Under the pieces are notes generated by a model that did no database searches, was not told where the DNA came from, and saw nothing but the letters and a program-made list of their open reading frames with translations. This document shows positions 56,580 to 64,000 of a DNA stretch of 64,000 nucleotides, one piece after another (position 1 is the first letter of the stretch; the number at the start of each line of letters is the position of its first letter). The DNA lies in IMG/VR virus record IMGVR_UViG_3300015607_003969, positions 1 through 64,000 of that record; one strand, 5' to 3'. This DNA is from an uncultured virus (IMG/VR IMGVR_UViG_3300015607_003969) (Duplodnaviria > Heunggongvirae > Uroviricota > Caudoviricetes). The translations under genes and the position numbers were made by a program.

Positions 56580-58013
56580 ATGAGCAGAGATCTACCGCTG
56601 ATCAGCCGCATCATACGCGAAGGGCCCCCGGCCATGGCCGACGTGCAGGCGTGGGGCATCACCGAAGAGGACCTTCTCACGCCAGAGGGTCGCGGGTTCT
56701 ATAGGTACCTGCTCGACTACATCACGCAGCCTGCAACCCGGGGGTCACTCCCGGGAATCTACCAGATCCAGGCGCACTACCCGGATTTTCGACTCGTGGA
56801 TGACGCAGGCATGGCTACGTCTGCCCTCTGCCACGAGCTTCGAAGCCACCGCATCCGGGTGAGTGTAGATAAGGCCCTTCGGGAGGCGGATAAGGAGCGC
56901 GACGGGGACCCAGAAGAGGCGATTGAGCGGCTATCCGCCAAGTTGGCCGACCTTCGATCCCTGTCCAAGCGTACGGGGATCACCACGCTCACCAGCTACA
57001 TCCCTCGTGGCCTGGAGCGCTACGAGATGCTGGAGGCCGGGCTCGCCGTGAACCCGATCATGTGGCCCTGGCCTCTCCTCAACAGGCTAAGCCGCGGGAT
57101 CGAGCCGACAGACTACGTGATCTACTACGGCAGGCCTAAAAACAAGAAGAGCTTCGTGGTGCTGCACCACGCCATGGACATCTTCTTGGAGCAAGGCAAG
57201 CACGTGCTCTTCTACTCGAAGGAGATGCCCGAAGAGCAGATCATGTGGCGGCTCATGGCCTTCCTGGCCAACGTGGACTACGAGTCCTTCAGCAGCGGAA
57301 CGCTGGACGCGACGTCCAAGGCCAGGCTCCATGAGATGGCCAACATGGCGCTTGCCAGGGCGCAGCAGAGCAACGGCAAAAACCAGATCAGCTGCGTGTC
57401 TGGCCGCGATGCCCCGAGGGGCAGCGATACCGTTGGCTGGCTTCGGCAGCAGATAAAGCGGCTTCAGCCCGACGTCGTCTTCATCGACGGACTCTACCTG
57501 ATGACCGCGCACATCAAGGCCAAGGACACCCGCGAAAAGGTGGAATCCATCTCCCGGGAGGTGCGGGCCGTGTCCCTTGACCTGAAGATCCCTGTGATCG
57601 CCACCATCCAGGCGAACCGTGGAGCGGACAAGTCCGGGCTCGAAGCTGACCTGGACGAGATCGGCTTCAGCGATGCACCTGGGCAAGACGCCACCGTGGC
57701 TATTCGTATTGTCGCAAGCAAGACTGACAGCACTGTCAATCTACTATTCCCCGGCGTACGTGAATGGCGTGCTACCGGTTTGAAGATCAACGCTGTGCCG
57801 TGTGTAGACTTCAGCGAGATCGCGCTGCTGGATCCCGATGCCATAAGGAGGTCTATTGCGGAGGATGTTCCTGACGAAGAGCCCGCTGTCACCGCCCCTC
57901 TCGGCGGGGCACCGGCCCCGCTAGGGCCCCCCTCGGGCCGTAAACCCCGGAAGAAAGCCAAGGTGTATAGCCGCCTAGATGACATCGATGGGGGCGGTGG
58001 CGCCGATGGGTGA
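56580..58013 (+). CDS. dnaB: DnaB-like replicative helicase
   Basis: GRPKNKKS, SKEM, VFIDGLYLM, IPVIATIQANR, SDAPGQDA. Confidence 0.85.
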   Translation: MSRDLPLISRIIREGPPAMADVQAWGITEEDLLTPEGRGFYRYLLDYITQPATRGSLPGIYQIQAHYPDFRLVDDAGMATSALCHELRSHRIRVSVDKALREADKERDGDPEEAIERLSAKLADLRSLSKRTGITTLTSYIPRGLERYEMLEAGLAVNPIMWPWPLLNRLSRGIEPTDYVIYYGRPKNKKSFVVLHHAMDIFLEQGKHVLFYSKEMPEEQIMWRLMAFLANVDYESFSSGTLDATSKARLHEMANMALARAQQSNGKNQISCVSGRDAPRGSDTVGWLRQQIKRLQPDVVFIDGLYLMTAHIKAKDTREKVESISREVRAVSLDLKIPVIATIQANRGADKSGLEADLDEIGFSDAPGQDATVAIRIVASKTDSTVNLLFPGVREWRATGLKINAVPCVDFSEIALLDPDAIRRSIAEDVPDEEPAVTAPLGGAPAPLGPPSGRKPRKKAKVYSRLDDIDGGGGADG

Positions 58014-59019
58014 GGGGTTCCTCCTCCCCGTCATCCAACAGCTACTTGGTGAGACCAGGCGCGCGGGCAGGGGCAATGTGATGGCCCTCTGCCCGTTCCC
58101 GCACGCTACAGGCAGGGACCACACACCCTCCTTTGCCATCCACACCGAGACAGGCCTCTGGCTGTGTCATGCGTGTAAGAGGTGCGGAAACTTCCGGGCA
58201 TTGCTGCGGGGGCTTGGGTCCCCCTCGGGCTCCATCGAGAAGATCGTGGAGTTGGCGGCCGAGATCCAGCGGGAGTCCCAGCTGGATGTGGCCGACCAAG
58301 CTGTCTGGGTGCGCGCCTTCCCCAAGGACCGTGTGCTGCCAGAGGAATCGTTGGGTCTCTTCGATGAGGCCCCTACGGACTTGATTCGGGCAGGGTTCTC
58401 CAAGAGGCTGCTGAGGACGTTCAACGTTGGATTCGACAGGAAGAACTGTCGAATCACCTTCCCGCTCAGAGACCACACGGGGCAGCTCGTGGGGTTCAGC
58501 GGCAGGTCCATCTTCGAGGATCAAGTGCCTCGATACAAAGTTTACACAAAACGGGAATATGGGAGGTGGGGCCTACCGCTCCTCGACCCGCCAGAGAAAG
58601 GGAAGCTGCTATGGAACTACGACCAGGTCGCCGCGATCAGCGAGCACGCGCCTGGTTCACCAGTCATCGTTAGCGAAGGATTCAAGAGCACCCTGTGGTT
58701 GCGCCAGTGCGGCTACCCTTACGTGGTCGCGTTGCTCGGATCGATTATGACCGAGGAGCAGCAAGCGCTGCTTGAACGACTCAACGGGGTGCTCTATCTG
58801 TTTTTGGACCAAGACCCGGCAGGAGACCACCGGTACGAGATGGCAGAGAAGCTGAGCGAAAGTAGCGATGTTCGCCTACCCCTCTACCCTCGTGGAGGTA
58901 AGCTCCAGCCGGACGCCTTGACCCCAGAAGAAGTGCACCAGGCGCTAAACAGTGCGCCAACCTATACCTCCTATTGCCTCAACCGCTGTAAGCAGCCAAC
59001 AAAGTACCCACGTATATGA
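58006..59019 (+). CDS. dnaG: DnaG-like primase
   Basis: CPFPH..H.PSF..WLCHAC zinc finger; RITFPL, GFSGR; TOPRIM SEG and DQDPAG. Confidence 0.85.
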   Translation: MGEGFLLPVIQQLLGETRRAGRGNVMALCPFPHATGRDHTPSFAIHTETGLWLCHACKRCGNFRALLRGLGSPSGSIEKIVELAAEIQRESQLDVADQAVWVRAFPKDRVLPEESLGLFDEAPTDLIRAGFSKRLLRTFNVGFDRKNCRITFPLRDHTGQLVGFSGRSIFEDQVPRYKVYTKREYGRWGLPLLDPPEKGKLLWNYDQVAAISEHAPGSPVIVSEGFKSTLWLRQCGYPYVVALLGSIMTEEQQALLERLNGVLYLFLDQDPAGDHRYEMAEKLSESSDVRLPLYPRGGKLQPDALTPEEVHQALNSAPTYTSYCLNRCKQPTKYPRI

Positions 59020-60293
59020 ACAACCGAAACGACGATTCTCCTCCCCCGCCGCCGCCCCCTGTCACGACGCACGCCTTCGGCAAGGAGCCTCCTCCCGCAG
59101 GCTTGCCGAGCTTTGGCGCCTCCTTCATCCCTCCCGAGCAGAGCTTCTCTGCGCCCCGGGGCGGCTCCGGCGGGTCTCGGCGTGAGTACGTCGAGACGTG
59201 GCGCTTCCCCCTGGGCGTCTCCATCTCGTTCGTCCTCATCCCGGGGTCCTACAAGAACAAGGTGGCGATCCCCCGGCTGGCAGCCGATGGCTCGCAGATG
59301 AGGGGGCCCAACAACGAGGCCCTCTACACGATCCAGGAGGTCACGGAGCTCTACAAGCGCGGCGTGGACCACTACGACGAGTACGCTCCGGGCACGAGGA
59401 AGTCCTTCGTGTGCGCCGCCCCGGAGTACCCGTACGCCGACGCGAACTCTGCGGCGCTGTGCGGGGGCTGCCGGGTGATCCACGAGAACACCAAGTGGGA
59501 CGACAAGGCGCGCAGGTACGTGACGAAGGGCTCGCTGACGCGGAGGGCCGGCCGCGCCTTCGGCATCGCGATCCTCCACCCCTTCTACGCGGTCCCGTCC
59601 ACCCGCATGGACCGGCGCGGCCAGCCCTACATGGACTACAAGATGGGTCAGGGCCGCAACTGCCCCTACGCAGCCCAAGGTCTCCCGAGGATCGACGGGC
59701 GGCGCTTCGTGTTCAACGCCTCCATGACCAACTTCAGGGAGCTGGTCGGCGGCAGGGGGTACGAGGGGGCGGCCTCCTTCCAGGGAATCCTCCGCAAGAA
59801 CTGCGTCTCCTGTGGGGGCAACATGACGATCGACACCCGGAGCTGGAACTGTCCGAGCTGCCAGCATGAGGTGATCGACATGGCGAACACTCGCCTCACG
59901 GACGCGGAGATCGACAACCGCGTGCAGCAGCGGCTGCCCTGCCCCGCCTGCCGGCAGACGATGCAGCTTGTCGAGGTGATCGAGTGCAAGCAGTGCAAGC
60001 ACCCGCACAGGGCGTCCCTGTTCGACGGGGTGATCACGGCCACTGCTCGCGCCAACAAGGCCACCGAGACCGGGAAGAACACGGGGACCAGCCTCAGCTT
60101 CCAGTACTGGACCCCCCTCCCCGCGGACAGCCCCTACCGGAAGCTGCTGGAGACCCCGCTCGACCTGGACACGATTCGGGGCCCTGCCCCCGTCGATCTC
60201 CAGATCCAGGTGTGCGGCAAGGGCCCCTTGGGGCATGAGCAGAACGCGGCGCACAGCGAGTCCTACGGCAACGACGACAACGTGCCGTTCTTA
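59016..60293 (+). CDS. Probable SSB-like protein with zinc ribbons (standard code ends at 60353)
   Basis: Between primase and polymerase; several CxxC; tail DDNVPF immediately before TTA. Confidence 0.6.
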
Positions 60294-60311
60294 AATCGAG
60301 TACAAGCTACG

Positions 60312-60351
60312 AGCCGGCGCTGCCTACGGGTGGTGGCCGGCTTGTTTTTTT
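60312..60351 (+). terminator. Intrinsic terminator
   Basis: AGCCGGC...GCCGGCT hairpin followed by T7. Confidence 0.6.
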
Positions 60352-60370
60352 AACACTTTCAGGAGATCTC

Positions 60371-62338
60371 ATGACCTGGCACATCGATATGCCCCCGGCA
60401 AAGTGGTTCACAAAAGACAGCGAGGGCTTGGACGGGCTTGTGCGAGAGATCCAGGACACGAAGCTGGTGGCCATCGACACGGAGACCACGGGTCTCCACA
60501 AGATGGCCGACAGGGTTCTTTACTGGAGCCTTGCCTGGACCGACTCCTCTGGCCGCGAACACCGCTGCTGTCTGCGTAACGACACCCTGCCTGCGTTCAG
60601 GAAGGTATTCGCGGACCCCTATCGCACCTGGATCTTTGCCAACGCCAAGTTCGATCTACATCTGCTCACCTCTTCAGGGTTTCCCCTCATAGGCAGGGCC
60701 GCCGATACCGCGGTCATGCACGCGCTTCTCTACGAGGACGAGTCCCACGGGCTAAAGGACATGTGCCTTCAGATCCTGGGGTGGACCTGGCAGTCGTTCC
60801 AGGACACCTTCGGCAAGGTCAACAAGAAGGACCCGTCCGACAGCTACCAGCACCGCCTGATCAAGGCGGAGAAGGAGGACCTCTGGAAGCTGGTGGAGTA
60901 CGCCAGCAACGACGCGTACGGCACCCTGATGCTGTACTACGAGCTGAAACGTCAGCTGGAGGCCGCCAGCACATGGTCGGCCTACCCACAGACGTACGCC
61001 ACGCTGTGGGACCTGTTTGAAAAGACAGAGATGCCGTACACCCGGGTGCTCTGGTCCTGCGAGAGGACGGGCATGCAGGTGGACACGGACTACCTGGGCA
61101 GCATCGGAGACAAGATCGACGGCCAGATCGCCACCCACCTACGCGAGTTGGCAAAAGCCGCGGGCAGGCTGGTCAACCCTAAGGGCGATGACGTGGAGAA
61201 CCTCCTCTTCAAGGAGCTCAAGCTACGTCCGGCGAAGTGGACCAAGGGCGGCGTAAGCTCGGCCCCCAAGCCCTCTGTCGCCAAGGACGCCCTCCAAGAG
61301 ATGGCCGAGGCGGCCAAGGATCCGAAAGCGCAATCCATCCTGAGGGCTTTGCTTGGGTACGGGGAGGTGATCGCCCTCAAGACCAACTTCATTCCAGGGC
61401 TATTGCGTGGGCTCGACCCGACGGGACGCATCCATGCAAGCTTCAACCAGTCCGTCGCCGTCACGGGCCGCCTCTCCTCCAGCGACCCGAACATGCAGAA
61501 CCTCAGGAACCCGGAGAGGGATCCGTTTGCATTGCGGAAGGCGATCCGGGCGGCCAAGGGTAACCTCCTCATCGCTGCGGACTACGAAGCCCTGGAGATG
61601 ATGGTCCTGGCGGCCGCAGCCTGTGAAGAGGGGATGCTAGAGATCTTCCGTCGCGGCTGGGATATCCACAAGGGTAACGCAAGCATGGTCTTCGGGTACC
61701 CCTACGAAGATCTGGAGCGGGCCACCCGGATCAAGGAGGAAGTGAAAGCCAAAGTGCTCCCTCCGACGGAACTCACGGACTACTTGAAGAAGTGTCTGGA
61801 GGCCAGGACGGCCGTCAAGACGATCTCCTACGGCCTGAACTACGGCATGAAGTCTCAAAAGCTCGCGTTCAGCCTAGGCATCACCGTGGAGGCCGCCGAG
61901 GAGCTCATGGCAAAGTACATGGCGAGGTGGTCTGCGGTGCAGGCCTTCTTCGCCAGCACCCAGTCTACGCTGGAGCAGTCTGGGTACATCTACACGTTCC
62001 TCGGACGCAGGCGCTACCTGCCGGCCATCGCATCCCCCAACCCCTATGAGCGCTGGCGTGCAGGTCGTCAGGGGGCAAACGCCATCATCCAGGGGACAGC
62101 GGCTGAAATCGCCAAGTGCTCCATGCTCCGCTTGGCGCACGAGGGTCTGCTCAACGAGTGGGGCTGGTGCATGCTCTCCCAGATCCACGACGAGATCCTC
62201 TTCGAGGGGCCTGAGGAGACCGCTGATATGGCGATCCCGATCATCAAGGATGCGATGGAAAACCCCTTCCAAACCAGGTATGCAGCGCCGCTGCGCACCA
62301 AACCGGCCAAGGGGGCCACGTGGTATGACGCAAAGTAA
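60371..62338 (+). CDS. polA: Family A DNA polymerase with 3'-5' exonuclease
   Basis: DTETTG, NAKFD, YASND, TGRLSSSDPNMQN, ADYEALEM, RTAVKTISYGLNYG, QGTAA, IHDE. Confidence 0.95.
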   Translation: MTWHIDMPPAKWFTKDSEGLDGLVREIQDTKLVAIDTETTGLHKMADRVLYWSLAWTDSSGREHRCCLRNDTLPAFRKVFADPYRTWIFANAKFDLHLLTSSGFPLIGRAADTAVMHALLYEDESHGLKDMCLQILGWTWQSFQDTFGKVNKKDPSDSYQHRLIKAEKEDLWKLVEYASNDAYGTLMLYYELKRQLEAASTWSAYPQTYATLWDLFEKTEMPYTRVLWSCERTGMQVDTDYLGSIGDKIDGQIATHLRELAKAAGRLVNPKGDDVENLLFKELKLRPAKWTKGGVSSAPKPSVAKDALQEMAEAAKDPKAQSILRALLGYGEVIALKTNFIPGLLRGLDPTGRIHASFNQSVAVTGRLSSSDPNMQNLRNPERDPFALRKAIRAAKGNLLIAADYEALEMMVLAAAACEEGMLEIFRRGWDIHKGNASMVFGYPYEDLERATRIKEEVKAKVLPPTELTDYLKKCLEARTAVKTISYGLNYGMKSQKLAFSLGITVEAAEELMAKYMARWSAVQAFFASTQSTLEQSGYIYTFLGRRRYLPAIASPNPYERWRAGRQGANAIIQGTAAEIAKCSMLRLAHEGLLNEWGWCMLSQIHDEILFEGPEETADMAIPIIKDAMENPFQTRYAAPLRTKPAKGATWYDAK

Positions 62339-62678
62339 GCTCAAGGTGTTCTGGGACAACCTCCACTGGTACGGCTCCGAGTACGTGGAGGTAAATCATA
62401 TGCTTCTCTGGTCCAGATGGGACTGTGAGAGCTTCACCGTGTACCCCGAAGGGAGTGCTCAAGTCTGGGCCGTTTGCGGGCTGCTCAACGGCAAAGCATT
62501 CCCGGAGCCCCGTCGAAAGACCTGCCGTATCTGCGATTTCATGTGCGGGCGTGCGAACGACCAGTGGGACAGTCTTGCAAGGTACGACCTGCCCCTCCTG
62601 GAAGAGCGACAACATCTGGTCAGGCTCGTGCGCCTGCTCGAAATCGTGTACTCCGAAAGGGTGTTCGGGATACTCTGA
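62325..62678 (+). CDS. Hypothetical protein
   Basis: Short overlap with the polA stop; CRIC. Confidence 0.45.
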   Translation: MTQSKLKVFWDNLHWYGSEYVEVNHMLLWSRWDCESFTVYPEGSAQVWAVCGLLNGKAFPEPRRKTCRICDFMCGRANDQWDSLARYDLPLLEERQHLVRLVRLLEIVYSERVFGIL

Positions 62679-62682
62679 TCTC

Positions 62683-62853
62683 ATGAACAACAACGGCATG
62701 GACAAGCTCGGCGTGGATACCCCGGAGCAGGACAAGAACGGACAGAAGCTCGCGGCCTCCTCGGACACCTGTCCGATCTGTGGCAGGCGGGTCGAGCGCA
62801 ACGGTCGGGTGGTGCGCTGCCCGGTGCACGGCAGCGAACCCTTCGAGGGCTAA
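62683..62853 (+). CDS. Small zinc-ribbon protein
   Basis: CPICG...RCPVHG. Confidence 0.55.
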   Translation: MNNNGMDKLGVDTPEQDKNGQKLAASSDTCPICGRRVERNGRVVRCPVHGSEPFEG

Positions 62854-62855
62854 AA

Positions 62856-62900
62856 ACCGGCGTTTAGCCGTAACAACCAAGCTGACGGCTAAACGCCGGT
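62856..62900. repeat. Perfect 16-bp inverted repeat with a 13-nt spacer
   Basis: ACCGGCGTTTAGCCGT / ACGGCTAAACGCCGGT. Confidence 0.9.
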
Positions 62901-62909
62901 GGAGGTTGT

Positions 62910-63296
62910 ATGGGTACAACGGTCTTCAAGGAAGACGACGAGTCTTCCACATGGGTCTGGGCCGAAGATTGGGTTCTGGACGGGGCAACGATCGAGTTCA
63001 TCATCGAGTACCAGGAGGTCAAAGGGCTCGACCTGTCGAAGGTTCTGCCTGAATCTGGGCTGGATCTCTTCAAGGTGTTCGGGGGCGTGGGCGTTCTGGC
63101 CACTGAACCGGGTTACGGGTGGTCCGTATCCCTTGCCGTCGGCGGAGACTTGATGGTTCGGAAGGTGTTCGAGCTGTCTCGACCTACTCTGGCGGTGCTC
63201 AAGCCTGGGAAGGCGCCCGACGATGCCAGAGCCGCCGCTCTCCGGGCCTTGCAGCCCTTCGTGAGCGGGCTCCGAGCCTTCGTGGGTGGGCTTTGA
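62910..63296 (+). CDS. Hypothetical protein
   Basis: GGAGG RBS. Confidence 0.6.
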   Translation: MGTTVFKEDDESSTWVWAEDWVLDGATIEFIIEYQEVKGLDLSKVLPESGLDLFKVFGGVGVLATEPGYGWSVSLAVGGDLMVRKVFELSRPTLAVLKPGKAPDDARAAALRALQPFVSGLRAFVGGL

Positions 63297-64000
63297 AGCT
63301 CACCTGCATCGACGACCTGCCCCCCGCCTCCGAAGATCTTGAGATCACGGAGGACTGGGCCCTGGGCAGCCTCTACGACAAAACCTTCGAGCTGGAAGCC
63401 GAGGGGGCCCGCGAGCCTGGGGTTCATGCGAGCGAGGTCTCTAGCTGCCTCCGCCACAACTACTACACCATGCTTGGCTTGGAGCCCACAGACAAGCCGA
63501 GGATCGAGGACAGCAAGAGGTTCAAGATCGGCCACCTCGTGCACGCCATGGTGCAACGTCAGTACGGGCTCCTGAACGACGAGGAGCTGAGCTTCGAGGC
63601 CGAGGTTCCTACGGCCGACACCCCCGTGGGCAGGGAGTGGCAGATCACTTCGCGTTGCGATGGTGTCTTCACCTGGCGAAAGTGCGGGCAGGTTATTCGC
63701 CGGGTTGGCCTGGAAATCAAGACCTGTTCCGCGGACGAGTGGAGGAGGATCAAAGCCCCTGAGAAGCGGCACATCATCCAGGCGCACATCTACATGAAGT
63801 GCCTAGACCTACCGTTGCTCTGGTTCTTCTACTACAACAAGAGCACGCAGGCCGTTAAACCCATGGCTAGCCCGTGGCTCATCCGCTTCGATAAGGAGGT
63901 CTGGCAAGAGATAGAGCCCAGGATTCACTCCCTGCTTGAGTACGTCATTTCCCGGGAGGAGCCGCCTCCGGAGAAGGGATTTCACTGCATGTTCTGCGCT
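63293..64000 (+). CDS. Cas4-like PD-(D/E)xK exonuclease, truncated by the window end
   Basis: Manual translation from TTG 63293: HASEVSSCLR, GHLVH, CDG, LEIKT, QAHIYM, CMFC. Confidence 0.8.
   Translation, partial: MKLTCIDDLPPASEDLEITEDWALGSLYDKTFELEAEGAREPGVHASEVSSCLRHNYYTMLGLEPTDKPRIEDSKRFKIGHLVHAMVQRQYGLLNDEELSFEAEVPTADTPVGREWQITSRCDGVFTWRKCGQVIRRVGLEIKTCSADEWRRIKAPEKRHIIQAHIYMKCLDLPLLWFFYYNKSTQAVKPMASPWLIRFDKEVWQEIEPRIHSLLEYVISREEPPPEKGFHCMFCA

Noticed and set aside
27003..62338. TAG or TGA stop-to-sense recoding
   Set aside because: Long conserved genes are uninterrupted in the standard code, and TAA, TAG and TGA all end genes here
63293..64000. Cas4-like nuclease as evidence of CRISPR-Cas
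   Set aside because: No repeat-spacer array or other cas genes seen; solo Cas4-like nucleases are common in phage replication modules

Overview
GC-rich 64-kb segment of a large tailed dsDNA phage genome; no host housekeeping context is visible. 1-27 kb is almost all plus-strand small accessory genes. It includes two tandem arrays of about 100-135 aa paralogs (an 'xxKxY(V/M)xP...GD(L/V)L' family resembling degenerate AlkB/2OG double-stranded beta-helix domains, and a 'PPDPRS' family), a third '(N/H)PxxP...WxNP' helical family, and a ~500-nt structured non-coding locus containing a ~125-nt tmRNA/tRNA-Ala-like element. 27-53 kb is mostly minus strand: an intein-containing GpA-type terminase, probable virion proteins, a baseplate spike, a 2804-codon fused beta-beta' RNA polymerase with two inteins in catalytic motifs, and a probable portal, interrupted by a plus-strand MoxR-like AAA/vWA cassette. 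53-64 kb is a plus-strand replication module: SF2 helicase, UDG-like protein, DnaB-like helicase, primase, SSB-like protein, family A DNA polymerase and Cas4-like nuclease. The most striking signal is that in-frame TTA codons are almost absent from gene interiors but repeatedly sit where genes should end, suggesting UUA acts as a stop codon here. All calls come from manual motif reading; no database searches were run.
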